Virus record (IMG/VR): IMGVR_UViG_3300011006_000010
Location: 1 to 64,000 of that record
Reading direction: 5' to 3' (one strand)
Length of the DNA: 64,000 nt
Origin: a virus
Taxonomy: Duplodnaviria; Caudoviricetes
The position numbers and the translations under genes were made by a program. Within the stretch, counting starts at the first letter, position 1; every line of letters starts with the position of its first letter. Positions 7,327 to 17,660 of the stretch are shown piece after piece. The notes beneath the pieces were generated by a model. It was given only the letters and a program-made list of their open reading frames with translations. It made no database searches and was not told where the DNA came from.

Positions 7327-7365
7327 GTCTGGATTAACAATGAATAAATGGAGGATTAATACGAT

Positions 7366-8574
7366 TTGAATGAAGAATTGTTGAATAAAAGATCAGATGA
7401 GAATGAATCACAATATATTTGGCGAATTGGACAGCTGGTAGACTCTGGTATGCTTCCAAACTGGAAAGAAATTTCTTATAGAATCAACCAAGAGCTTGGC
7501 AGAGATGAGGATCATTATTATGACGAGTCAGCCTATAGAAAAAGATATCAGGCAGCCAGAAGAATGTATGAAGATGTCTTTTCTAAGATGAGAGACGACC
7601 AGTACATTGAAGAGCTTGAGGATAAGATCCGTCAGCTCGAAAGAATGAAGGTTCAGTTCAGAGATGAAAGAGCTGCGTGGAATGCTCAGAATAGAATCGA
7701 AGCTAGAATCGAACAGAAGTTTGATCTGCTTGAAAAAGAACTGAAAAGCATAGGCAAAGAAAAATATGTTTCTGGCGAAAGACAAAATTATGTTGATTGT
7801 CAGGATAAAGATATGGTAGTCATGCTTACTGATTTACATATCGGTGCCACTAGCGACAATACTTTTGGAGAATATAGTATTGAAATAGCTGAAAGAAGGA
7901 TCAATGACTATTGTGATGAGGTGGTCAGAATTGGTAAAAGAGAAAATGTCGATAATGTTTACGTATGTCTGCTTGGAGATGCAATCAATGGCAATATACA
8001 TAAAAGTATTCAAATTACAAATCGAGAAAATGTTGTTGAGCAGGTTAAGGTCGCTTCTGGATTAGTCACAGATTTCTGCTTTAAACTCGCTAAAATGTTC
8101 AATCATGTGTATTTTGCAAGCGTGAGTGGCAATCATAGCAGATTAGACAGGAAAGAAGATGCGCTACATTCAGAAAGACTGGATGATTTGATTTCTTTCT
8201 ATGTAGAAAACATGCTTAACAGTATTGATAATTTTACTTATATCCCAAATGAAATTGACTGTTCAATTGGCAGTATCGTGGTGAGAGGCAAAGAAATTCT
8301 TCTTGTACATGGGGATTATGATTCTTTTACACAGTCAGGTCTTCAAAAATTATGCATGATGACTAGAAAGTTCCCTTATGCTGTGCTTTGTGGACATATG
8401 CACACGAATTCGTTTGCCGACACCAGCAATATAAAAATGATTCGAGGCGGAAGTCTCTGTGGTAGCGGAGACCAGTTCTGCATTGAAAAACGTATTAGTG
8501 GAAAACCGTCACAGATGTGCTTCGTTATGAATGATCTTGGAATCTGTGGGTTATACCCTATTGTATTTGAATAA
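7366..8574 (+). CDS. Calcineurin-like metallophosphoesterase with N-terminal coiled coil (YonJ-like)
   Basis: Motifs DLHIG, GDAING, GNH, HGD, GHMH. Confidence 0.85.
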   Translation: MNEELLNKRSDENESQYIWRIGQLVDSGMLPNWKEISYRINQELGRDEDHYYDESAYRKRYQAARRMYEDVFSKMRDDQYIEELEDKIRQLERMKVQFRDERAAWNAQNRIEARIEQKFDLLEKELKSIGKEKYVSGERQNYVDCQDKDMVVMLTDLHIGATSDNTFGEYSIEIAERRINDYCDEVVRIGKRENVDNVYVCLLGDAINGNIHKSIQITNRENVVEQVKVASGLVTDFCFKLAKMFNHVYFASVSGNHSRLDRKEDALHSERLDDLISFYVENMLNSIDNFTYIPNEIDCSIGSIVVRGKEILLVHGDYDSFTQSGLQKLCMMTRKFPYAVLCGHMHTNSFADTSNIKMIRGGSLCGSGDQFCIEKRISGKPSQMCFVMNDLGICGLYPIVFE

Positions 8575-8588
8575 ACGCATAAAAGGAA

Positions 8589-9638
8589 GTGAACGATATG
8601 GCGTCTCCAATAAAAGCTCATAAGAGTACAAATCAAATTAAAAACATGAGCGTTAGTTTGCTTCGTAAGGAATATATGGATTTAGCTAGTGACTATGATA
8701 GACTTTTAAAGCAAGAGGTAATTATTTGTCCAGAATGTGGCAGACCTCTTTCAAGAAAAAAGTCTTTTTATATAAGCAAGAGTTACGGACAAGGATATTA
8801 TCCTATTTGTAAAGAGTGCACCCTTATGGAAGTTGAACAGCGCACGTCAAAAGACGCTGAACCTAATGAAACCAAAGAAAGCGTCATGAAGGTTTTAAGG
8901 AAAATGAACCTGCCTTATATAGACAGCGTATATACTAAGCAGCAAAAAAAGAAAGAAGAAGGTTTTGAGTCTTCTCCATTTTCTAAATATATATCGACCG
9001 TTTCTTCGTTGCCTCAGTATAAAAACTGGACATATGAAGATTCTGTTTTTGGATCAACCAAATCATTAAGTGATGATGGCGCATTAAAAATAGACGGTGA
9101 AACAATCAGAAGATTTGGTAAAGGATATAGTGAAAGCGATTATGATATCCTGAGAAGAGAATATGATGACTGGATCACAAGATATGAGTGCCAGACAAAA
9201 GCACAGGAAGAAATCTTCATTGCCTTATCAATCAACAAACTGATGAGGATGAAAAATCTTAGACAGGGCAAACCAACTAAAGACTTAGATAGAACGATGC
9301 AGGATTTACTCAACTCTGGAGATATCCTGCCTAAGAAGAATGCTGCAAGCAACTTTACTGAATCAAAAACATTCGGAACTTTGATTCAAGAATGGGAGAA
9401 TGAAGATCCTATTCCTAAAGCTGATGATGATCTGAAGGACGTTGATAAGATTGGTACATATCTCGATGTTTTCTTCAAAGGTCATCTTAGCAAAACATTG
9501 CACTTAGCCAATCCTTTAGCTTCAATCTACGAAAATTATATAAAACAATACACAGTAAATAAGCCAGAATATGTTGATGAAGATGAAAATGTAGAGGATA
9601 CATTCTTGAAAATATTCGGTGATGTAGATAGTGAGTAA
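8589..9638 (+). CDS. Putative terminase small subunit with CxxC...CxxC motif
   Basis: Overlaps the terL start; CPECG...CKEC; position of SPbeta yonG. Confidence 0.6.
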   Translation: MNDMASPIKAHKSTNQIKNMSVSLLRKEYMDLASDYDRLLKQEVIICPECGRPLSRKKSFYISKSYGQGYYPICKECTLMEVEQRTSKDAEPNETKESVMKVLRKMNLPYIDSVYTKQQKKKEEGFESSPFSKYISTVSSLPQYKNWTYEDSVFGSTKSLSDDGALKIDGETIRRFGKGYSESDYDILRREYDDWITRYECQTKAQEEIFIALSINKLMRMKNLRQGKPTKDLDRTMQDLLNSGDILPKKNAASNFTESKTFGTLIQEWENEDPIPKADDDLKDVDKIGTYLDVFFKGHLSKTLHLANPLASIYENYIKQYTVNKPEYVDEDENVEDTFLKIFGDVDSE

Positions 9639-11397
9639 GAGAACGGAAAAGCAGATTGAGCTAGAAAAATACAACAAAACAATGCAGACCGTGGCAAAAA
9701 GGTGTGCATATTATAGAGAGAATCCACAAAGATTCGTCAAAGATTATCTAAACATCAATCTAAAAGTATTCCAGAAAATACTTATTTATGCAATGATGCA
9801 TAATTATTTCTTTATGTTTATCGCCGCAAGGGGCTTGGGAAAAACGTGGCTAACTGCCCTTTTCTGTTGCGTTAGATGTATTTTGTTCCCTGGATCAAAA
9901 GTTGTCATTTGCTCTGGTACAAGACCGCAAGGCAATCAAATACTTCAGAAGATTCAGGATGAATTTCTTAAGAATTATACATGGGGTTCAGCCAATCTAA
10001 ACAATGAGATTGAGAAGATAAAGATTGGTGCAAATGATGGACGCGTAGAATTTAAAAATGGATCGTTTATGACAGTTGTGATTCCGAATGATAATGCCAG
10101 AGGTAACAGAGGAAATATTTTAATTGTAGATGAATTTAGAATTGTTGACAAAAAGACTATTAATACTGTATTAAAAAAGTTTTTATCTGCTCCTCGTGCT
10201 CCATTATATTTAGGTAAGCCTCAATATAAACATCTCTTAGAACGAAATATGGAAATATATATGAGTTCAGCATGGTATGAATCACATTGGTCTTACAAGA
10301 AATTACAAGCATATTTTAAAAACATGATGCTTGGCAAGAAGTATTTTTGTTGTGCCCTTCCCTATCAGCTATCTATAAAGGAAGGGTTGCTGATGAAATC
10401 ACAAGTTGAAGATGAAATGTCTGAAGATGATTTCGATGATATCACTTGGTCTATTGAGATGGATGCAGTCTTTTACAGCGACACAAATGGTTCTTTCTAT
10501 ACTTTTGAAGATGTTGATAGCTGTAGAAAACTGAATAAAGCTTTTTATCCGATGGAATTGTATAAATTAAAAAGAGAGCCTCCGCCAAAATTAATTGATG
10601 GAGAGCGAAGAATATTGTCTGTTGACGTTGCGTTGATGTCGTCTAAAAAGAATAACAATGACGCTGCGTCTTTCATTGTTAATAGTGCTGTGCCTCTTAG
10701 CAATGATGATTATATGAGCAATATAGTTTATCTGCGAAATTATGAGGGTCTTACAACAGATGAACTCGGCATGAAGATAATGAGTACGTTTTATTTCTTT
10801 AAATGTGACACTTTGGTCGTGGACTACAATGGTGTCGGAATTGGTGTCCTTGACTATATTCTAATGGATCATATGGATGATGAGACTGGCGAGTATTACA
10901 AAGCTTTGAATGTTGCGAACAATGATGAGCTTTCATCTAGATGTAAAGTAAAAGACGCCAAGAAATGTATTTATGCAATCAAGGCGACCGCATCATTTAA
11001 CAATGATATCAGCAGACTATTAAGAAGCGGGTTCAGAAATGGACGTATTCGTCTTCTGATAAATGAGTTTGATGCAGACGCTTATCTCAGAGAAACAAAC
11101 AAGTCATTTTATAAAATTGATCCAAGAGAGCAGGCGCTATATAGAATGCCTTATTTGCAAACATCGCTGTTGGTTCACGAACTTATTAACTTAGAGTACG
11201 AAATAGCGAATAATAATCTCGTACGCATCTATGAAAAGCCCGGCATGAGAAAAGACAGATATTCGTCGGTTGCTTATAACTATTGGGTTCTCAACAAATT
11301 ATCAAAAGAAAAAAAGAATAACACGGATAGTTCTAAAATGGTAGAAGAACTAGTTAATTTAACAAAAAAACCAACAAGACATATAGGATTATTATAA
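9631..11397 (+). CDS. terL: Terminase large subunit
   Basis: Walker A ARGLGKT, Walker B ILIVDE, coupling motif YMSSA, RNase-H-like LSVDVA and KDRYSS. Confidence 0.92.
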   Translation: MSKRTEKQIELEKYNKTMQTVAKRCAYYRENPQRFVKDYLNINLKVFQKILIYAMMHNYFFMFIAARGLGKTWLTALFCCVRCILFPGSKVVICSGTRPQGNQILQKIQDEFLKNYTWGSANLNNEIEKIKIGANDGRVEFKNGSFMTVVIPNDNARGNRGNILIVDEFRIVDKKTINTVLKKFLSAPRAPLYLGKPQYKHLLERNMEIYMSSAWYESHWSYKKLQAYFKNMMLGKKYFCCALPYQLSIKEGLLMKSQVEDEMSEDDFDDITWSIEMDAVFYSDTNGSFYTFEDVDSCRKLNKAFYPMELYKLKREPPPKLIDGERRILSVDVALMSSKKNNNDAASFIVNSAVPLSNDDYMSNIVYLRNYEGLTTDELGMKIMSTFYFFKCDTLVVDYNGVGIGVLDYILMDHMDDETGEYYKALNVANNDELSSRCKVKDAKKCIYAIKATASFNNDISRLLRSGFRNGRIRLLINEFDADAYLRETNKSFYKIDPREQALYRMPYLQTSLLVHELINLEYEIANNNLVRIYEKPGMRKDRYSSVAYNYWVLNKLSKEKKNNTDSSKMVEELVNLTKKPTRHIGLL

Positions 11398-11415
11398 GAA
11401 GAGAGGAGGTTCAAT

Positions 11416-12951
11416 ATGGCTAATGGAAAGAAACAAAATCAAAACTCTAAAATAAAAACAGTAAGACAAAAAGAGTTGGAAGATTTTTATGCCAAATGGC
11501 ATGATCGAGTAGGCATTTTCGATAGATCGGATAAAGTTACTCAATTAGTTGATCCTTCTGCTTCAACAACATTTACGTCAGGCACGTTTAGCAAAGAAAC
11601 ACTTCGTACATATATGAAGAATCCTGAGCAAAACGCAAGACAATTGCGAAATCTCAGCAGATTTTTATATAACAGAGTACAAATCTATAGACGCATTATT
11701 AAATTTAATGCTGATTTTATAAATCTAAGATATAGAAGTGTTATTCCTTTAAACAATTTAGTTGAACCTATTAGTGATGAAGAAATATTAAAGTCCTATT
11801 ATGATACGCTAAAGACTTTAGAAAACATGAACCTTCCTTTGGTTTTTGAGCCAATTTATACTACATGTTGGAAAGAGGACGTATTTTTCGGTTGTGTTTA
11901 TTATGATGACGAACAATTCTTTGTTCTGCAGCTAGATCCTGATTATTGTGTTATTACTGGTGTTTATGATACTGGCGATTACGCGTTTGATATGGACATG
12001 AGTTATTTTCAGAGCAGACAGGACACACTTGAGCTTTGGGGCGAGCCTTTCACAACGATGTGGAAGGAATATCAGAAAGACACGATTAAAAATAAATATG
12101 TTCCTATGCCAGATGAAAATTGTATTTGCTTAAAAGTGAATACAGACAATTACAAAGTTCCCACCCCGCCATTTTTAGGAATATTTAATGAACTGATCAA
12201 TCTTGAAGACCTTAAGGATATTCAAGCTATTGCTGATGAACAACAGATATATAAGCTGTTGTTACTAAAAATTCCATTGTTAAAGGGTTCTAATGAAGCT
12301 AATGATTTTGGCGTATTGCTTGATACGGCAATTGAATTCTACAATAAAATGATTGCGAATTTAAATGACTACTCTGCTGCAGCTTTGTTGCCGGGGTTAG
12401 ACACTGAGGTTATATCTTTTAGTGACGATCAGACTACAGATACAAACAAGATTCAAAAGGCACTAGAAAACGTTTTGGATATTGGCGGTGCTGGTCAGAT
12501 CCTTTTAGGCTCAAAGGTTTCTAACTCGATTGCTTGGAAGGGTGCTGTTAAAGCCGACCAAGATATGGCACTTGCGACTCTTTTGCCTCAGACCGAAGCT
12601 TGGGTTAATAGATTTTTATCAATGCATTTAACAAATCCAAGTGTTGTTAAATTCTTAAATGTAACAGAGCAGACGAAATCTGATTTCGTTCAGGAAATTA
12701 GAACAAACGCAACTTATGGCGTCCCTAACAGAATTATACTTGGAACGCTGCAAGGTTTGAGTGAATTAGACACATTGTCTCTTTTAAACTTAGAGACCAA
12801 GGTATTAGGTCTGCAGTCAGAAATGATTCCAATGCAGTCATCCAACACTATGAATACGGGCGATTTAATAAATGAAACGGGTCGTCCAAGAAAAGATGAG
12901 GGTGAACTCTCTGAATCTGGAGACAGATCTAGAGATTATCTAGAAGAATAG
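11416..12951 (+). CDS. Portal protein
   Basis: 511 aa directly after terL; C-terminal GRP motif common in portals. Confidence 0.75.
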   Translation: MANGKKQNQNSKIKTVRQKELEDFYAKWHDRVGIFDRSDKVTQLVDPSASTTFTSGTFSKETLRTYMKNPEQNARQLRNLSRFLYNRVQIYRRIIKFNADFINLRYRSVIPLNNLVEPISDEEILKSYYDTLKTLENMNLPLVFEPIYTTCWKEDVFFGCVYYDDEQFFVLQLDPDYCVITGVYDTGDYAFDMDMSYFQSRQDTLELWGEPFTTMWKEYQKDTIKNKYVPMPDENCICLKVNTDNYKVPTPPFLGIFNELINLEDLKDIQAIADEQQIYKLLLLKIPLLKGSNEANDFGVLLDTAIEFYNKMIANLNDYSAAALLPGLDTEVISFSDDQTTDTNKIQKALENVLDIGGAGQILLGSKVSNSIAWKGAVKADQDMALATLLPQTEAWVNRFLSMHLTNPSVVKFLNVTEQTKSDFVQEIRTNATYGVPNRIILGTLQGLSELDTLSLLNLETKVLGLQSEMIPMQSSNTMNTGDLINETGRPRKDEGELSESGDRSRDYLEE

Positions 12952-12962
12952 AAGGAATAGAA

Positions 12963-13142
12963 ATGGATAAGTTTATTGTAACAAATAGCCAAGACTCAAA
13001 GGACATTTTGATCAATGCGGGGTTTATACTTATTTCTGACATGCATAATGAATGGGTATTTATTAATGATAAAAGCCTGATGGCAAGATTTGACAATAAT
13101 AATAAATTAAAAATTAGGTTTACTAATAAGCTAAATATTTAG
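12963..13142 (+). CDS. Small hypothetical protein (59 aa; MDKFIVTNSQDSKDILINAGF...), below the ORF-track cutoff
   Basis: SD AAGGA, ATG 12963, TAG 13140-13142; fills the portal-protease gap. Confidence 0.7.
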   Translation: MDKFIVTNSQDSKDILINAGFILISDMHNEWVFINDKSLMARFDNNNKLKIRFTNKLNI

Positions 13143-13157
13143 AGAGGGGTATGTACC

Positions 13158-14732
13158 ATGAACAAGATTCTGACTTTAGGGGATCTGTTTACATTCTGCT
13201 CTACTCATAATCTTACTTATTTCAATGCTAAAGAAGAAGGGAAACAAATCATTGTGTCAATCCCCTCTTCTTTTAATTTTGATAAAGAAGAAGAGTATCA
13301 ATCAATGTTAGTTTGCCCCATTAGGGCATTCCATATCGGCAAAAATAGAAATGGCTCTTCTGTCACAAGAGAAGCTGCCGAAAAGGCAATCAAAAATATG
13401 GCGTACAAGCCAGTCCTTGCCAATTTTATTGGCGAGGGGGAAAATGAAGATTTTACAAGTCATGATATGGAATACGATGAAGATAAAGATGAAATGATTT
13501 ATCTTGAAAAACAAGTTGGATGTTTTACATCTAAAGAACCATATATTGAACATGATGAGCAGTTTGATAAAGATTTTATCTACGCAGAGATTGCAGTTCC
13601 AAGAGATTATACTCATGCTGCAAATATCATTGAACGTAAAGGTGGAACTGATTGTTCTGTTGAATTGGCAGTCAATGAGATGAGTTATTCTGCAAAAGAC
13701 AAATTGCTTGAATTGACAGACATTGAAGTTCTTGCGGTCACATTGTTAGGCGAAAAGGTCGAACCGGGTATGATCGGTGCGCATGTTTCACTTGAAGATT
13801 TTTCTGTAAAGAACACATTCGATGTAGACGAAGATTTGATTAAGAGAGTGGCAGACCTAGAAGAGAAGGTTGCATCTTTTAATATGGGAAACAATCCCGC
13901 ATCTTTTGAGGAAGGAGGAAATGACGCTTTGGAAAAAGAATTTGAAGAAATCGCTGAAGCTGAAGAAGTCGTAGAAAGAGCTTCCGAAGAAGATGTGATT
14001 ATCGATGATGAAGAAATTGAACTCGAGGATTATGAAGAATCTGATGACGAAGAAGAACCAGAAGAAGATTCCGACGATGAAGAAGATCCAGAAGACGAGG
14101 AAAAGATTGAAGAAGAGTCTAAGAAAGATTTTTCAATTAAGTTTGGCAACAAGGAATTTCGTTTTGAATTATCAATGAATGAAGTCATTCAGGCATTGGG
14201 CATTCTTGTTAATGATACTTATGCTGAACAAGACAACACCTTCTATCAAGTTCTTGTATATGATAACCATGTTATTATGGTTGATTTCTGGAGTGAGACT
14301 GCTTTTAAACAGGCTTACAAAGAAGAAGACGGTTCTTATAGTTTGGTTGGAGATCGTGTTAGGGTTTATGCCCAGTATCTTACAGAAGACGAAATCGAAG
14401 ACTTGGCAGAGTTGCGTTCAAATTACAACCTTGCATCTGAAGAATTGAATTCTTATAAAGAAAAAGAATTGCATTCTGAAAGAGAAAAGGTATTTGAGGA
14501 TAAATCCTATGAGGATCTTTTAAACTCTGAGGAATTTATTAATTTGAGAAGTAATATGGACAAATATTCTGTTGAAGAATTAAAAGAAAAAGCAGAATTA
14601 GCATTTGCAAAATGTGTTAAACGTGGCGGACTCTTCGCTACCAATAAAGAAAAGACAGCAAAACGCACGTTTGAAATTGCTAAGACTGTAGAAGACAAAA
14701 AAGATGAAATGTATCCGGGTCTTTTTAACTAA
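13158..14732 (+). CDS. Prohead protease / scaffold fusion (YonD-like)
   Basis: HIGKNRNGS and CSVEL protease-like motifs, a very acidic linker and a coiled-coil C-terminal half; lies between portal and capsid. Confidence 0.7.
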   Translation: MNKILTLGDLFTFCSTHNLTYFNAKEEGKQIIVSIPSSFNFDKEEEYQSMLVCPIRAFHIGKNRNGSSVTREAAEKAIKNMAYKPVLANFIGEGENEDFTSHDMEYDEDKDEMIYLEKQVGCFTSKEPYIEHDEQFDKDFIYAEIAVPRDYTHAANIIERKGGTDCSVELAVNEMSYSAKDKLLELTDIEVLAVTLLGEKVEPGMIGAHVSLEDFSVKNTFDVDEDLIKRVADLEEKVASFNMGNNPASFEEGGNDALEKEFEEIAEAEEVVERASEEDVIIDDEEIELEDYEESDDEEEPEEDSDDEEDPEDEEKIEEESKKDFSIKFGNKEFRFELSMNEVIQALGILVNDTYAEQDNTFYQVLVYDNHVIMVDFWSETAFKQAYKEEDGSYSLVGDRVRVYAQYLTEDEIEDLAELRSNYNLASEELNSYKEKELHSEREKVFEDKSYEDLLNSEEFINLRSNMDKYSVEELKEKAELAFAKCVKRGGLFATNKEKTAKRTFEIAKTVEDKKDEMYPGLFN

Positions 14733-14755
14733 AAATTTAATAGGAGGAATTTATT

Positions 14756-15226
14756 ATGGCAAATTCATTTGGACTGACAAAACATGCCGTTGCTGGTTCA
14801 AGTAAGTTAAAAGCTACTACTGCAGGTCATATTGTTAATGTAGTTGTTTCTAGCGATACTCTTGACAATGGCGTTATTATCACTAAAGGCGCTTATATTA
14901 AGCCTGAAACTTATGCTCAGGGTGCAGCTTCTAGCACATTTGCTGGTGTTGTTATTGATACAGCTGCTAATGGCAATTATTATGTTGAAGTTACTGCTGT
15001 TGAAGGCGATTATTTGGTATTACAGGTACCATTAATTCATGAAAACTATACTACTCGTTTGAGTCAGGAAAGTAATTTCTACAATGAAAAAGGCGACATC
15101 GTTCGTGCTTATGAATTACATGTTGATGATATCTTTGAATTATCAGCAGAAGGTTTCACTGGCAATGTTACTGTAGGTCATACAGTATCTGCAGATGCTA
15201 GTACAGGCAAATTAGTATGTGCTTAA
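14756..15226 (+). CDS. Putative capsid decoration/cement protein
   Basis: 156 aa between scaffold and capsid; strong SD; LDNG motif. Confidence 0.55.
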   Translation: MANSFGLTKHAVAGSSKLKATTAGHIVNVVVSSDTLDNGVIITKGAYIKPETYAQGAASSTFAGVVIDTAANGNYYVEVTAVEGDYLVLQVPLIHENYTTRLSQESNFYNEKGDIVRAYELHVDDIFELSAEGFTGNVTVGHTVSADASTGKLVCA

Positions 15227-15246
15227 GTAAGAGGAGGTAATGAAAA

Positions 15247-16323
15247 ATGAAATTTAGAACTAAAACAAATAGAACCATTTTTGAAAACGTTAACTTCTCT
15301 TCTTTTGAGCAGTTAATGGAAGATACAGCTGCTGGCATTCAGGGCGTATCAAAAAAAGAAGCTAACGACAAAATTCGCGAAGTATTCTTTCAGGTATTAG
15401 ATCTTGAACAGGGCGCATCAAGAAAAGAAATTCGTAAAGCAATTCGTAGAAATTATGTTGAAGTATTTGAAGTGATCGAAACTTTAGTCCCTAATCTTTT
15501 ACAGACTGGTTGGCAGAACAACCCATTCTTTGAAGAATTCGTAGAATATAGAAATGGTAACGATGGCGATATCAATGAATTCTACGTAGAAGATGATACT
15601 ATCTTAACTGTATCAGAATTATCAGGCGACCACCATGACATTATCCGTCAGAAGCTTGGTGCTGGCGAAACATTCCCTGTTAAAACTTCTTGGTATGGTT
15701 TAAAGATTTATACTGAATTTGAATTATTCATGGCTGGTCGTGTTGACTGGGCTAAATTCGTTCAGAAAATCTATGAAGCAATGGACAAGAAAGTTAATGC
15801 TATGCTGTATGCAGCTATTATGGCAGCTCCAGCTCAGGTAACTCCAACAGGCACATTCACTAAGAGTTTACAGATGACTGCAGCTAACAGAGAAACAGTT
15901 CTTCAGTTAATTGATGACATTCAGGCATTAACTGGCGATGAAGTTGTAATCATGGGTACAAGAATTGCATTAAGCAAATTATCAGCAATGGCAGACGTTA
16001 ATTACATCGCTGATGCTGATAAAAACGAAAGACGCTCTCTTGGTTATGTAACATTATGGGAAGGCGTTAAAGTTGCTCAGATCCCTCAGGTATTTGACAA
16101 CAATTCAGTTACTACTCGTTTAGTAGATAACGATAAATTATTAATCATGCCTTTAGGCGATAATAAATTCATCAAGATGTATGATGAAGGCGATGCACAG
16201 ATCATGCAGGTTACTGATCCAGCAGTCAACATGGATATGACTATGGAATATGAATATCAGCAGAAGATGGGTATCGCAACTGTTATCAACAAGAAATTTG
16301 GTATGATTACAATCTTGCCTTAA
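15247..16323 (+). CDS. Major capsid protein
   Basis: 358 aa, strong SD, biased codon use, synteny (YonB position). Confidence 0.8.
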   Translation: MKFRTKTNRTIFENVNFSSFEQLMEDTAAGIQGVSKKEANDKIREVFFQVLDLEQGASRKEIRKAIRRNYVEVFEVIETLVPNLLQTGWQNNPFFEEFVEYRNGNDGDINEFYVEDDTILTVSELSGDHHDIIRQKLGAGETFPVKTSWYGLKIYTEFELFMAGRVDWAKFVQKIYEAMDKKVNAMLYAAIMAAPAQVTPTGTFTKSLQMTAANRETVLQLIDDIQALTGDEVVIMGTRIALSKLSAMADVNYIADADKNERRSLGYVTLWEGVKVAQIPQVFDNNSVTTRLVDNDKLLIMPLGDNKFIKMYDEGDAQIMQVTDPAVNMDMTMEYEYQQKMGIATVINKKFGMITILP

Positions 16324-16363
16324 TATATTCATATTAGGTATTAGGAAATAAAAGGAGGTTCAA

Positions 16364-16900
16364 ATGGCTACTACTAAAGCTAAGGAAACAAAAAAAGAGA
16401 CGACTAGCACAGTTAAGAGAACAACCAAGTCGTCTGTCGCTAAAAAAAAATATGGCGAAAGAGATATGGTTTTAACTCGCTCTATTACCGCTGGTGAGTT
16501 GATTTATATTGGTCAGAAATCTAGAAATAGATATGTGTGGGGCAGTTCAGGAGATACTGCTGAGGTTGAAGTTGGCGATTTAAATTATCTTAAATATACA
16601 AAGTCACCTTATTTATACACTCCTTATTTCATCATTGAAGATGAGGAGTTCTTGAGTCAGCCTTCATGGAAGGATGTAAGAGAAATGTATGAAGAAGTTA
16701 AAGACAATGATATTAATAACATTTTAAATCTGCCGCTATCTCAATTTAAAGCAGTTCTTCCTACTTTAAAAGAGGGTTATAAGAATGCATTGTTGACTCA
16801 GATGAGTACTTTGATTGATTCAGGTGAATTTGATTCTATCAATAAAATCAAAGCGGTCGATGAGGCATATGGCACAACTCTCATTATTCTTATCCAGTAA
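16364..16900 (+). CDS. Hypothetical head-region protein
   Basis: SD AAGGAGG; K/T-rich N-terminus; directly after the MCP. Confidence 0.65.
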   Translation: MATTKAKETKKETTSTVKRTTKSSVAKKKYGERDMVLTRSITAGELIYIGQKSRNRYVWGSSGDTAEVEVGDLNYLKYTKSPYLYTPYFIIEDEEFLSQPSWKDVREMYEEVKDNDINNILNLPLSQFKAVLPTLKEGYKNALLTQMSTLIDSGEFDSINKIKAVDEAYGTTLIILIQ

Positions 16901-16912
16901 TGAGGTGTTTTA

Positions 16913-17347
16913 GTGGCAACTTCATATGAGAAAATATATTCTTCATTCTTGAGAAAGATTGAAGATAAAAATTTACCTCAATTAGAAGAAGATGAACAAG
17001 AAGAATATCTTTTAGGGTTTTTAGAATCAGCTCTGGGAATGATTGAGATGGAGGGTTTTACAACTCCTCATAATCTTTCAGATAGAGATGATGGGCTGGC
17101 AGAATTTGCAGATGATTTAGATTATGGAGAAATTGAAGCTATCAGCTTGTATATGGTTGTTGCTTGGTATGAACCAGTTGTAAATTCTTTGCAGTTCACA
17201 ATTTCTATGCTTGGTTCCAGAGAGGAAAAGTGGACGGATCAGTCTACGCATCTAAGACGAGTCCATGAAGTTCAGGAGGATTGTCGTAATCGAGCTTCTA
17301 AATTATTTAGAAATTATAGATATACGCACAACGAGTATTTTAACTAA
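16913..17347 (+). CDS. Putative head-tail adaptor
   Basis: MATSYEKIYSSFLRKI N-terminus, helical, 144 aa; position after the capsid genes. Confidence 0.5.
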   Translation: MATSYEKIYSSFLRKIEDKNLPQLEEDEQEEYLLGFLESALGMIEMEGFTTPHNLSDRDDGLAEFADDLDYGEIEAISLYMVVAWYEPVVNSLQFTISMLGSREEKWTDQSTHLRRVHEVQEDCRNRASKLFRNYRYTHNEYFN

Positions 17348-17658
17348 TGAAGTATAAATATGGCGTTTTGCCCGATGAACAATTTGAGGCTTATAAAAAA
17401 AGAATCCATTCGTTAGTTCATTGGCTTCTTATTTACGCAGAAGAAGAAAATCCTATTTTAGATGGATATTTTGATAAAGTTCAATATAAATTGAATGGAT
17501 TAAATGAATTATTAAACTACCCTACCCAAATGATTGAGATCATGAATCTTATTGAATCAGCGAGAATTGAGTATAAAAAGGAAAACCATAATTATAAAGT
17601 TTATAGGAAAATCATATTAGATGCACATGAACTAATTGATGATATCGTGGAGGTCTAA
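17347..17658 (+). CDS. Hypothetical protein
   Basis: Coupled to the upstream gene (TAATG overlap). Confidence 0.65.
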   Translation: MKYKYGVLPDEQFEAYKKRIHSLVHWLLIYAEEENPILDGYFDKVQYKLNGLNELLNYPTQMIEIMNLIESARIEYKKENHNYKVYRKIILDAHELIDDIVEV

Positions 17659-17660
17659 AT

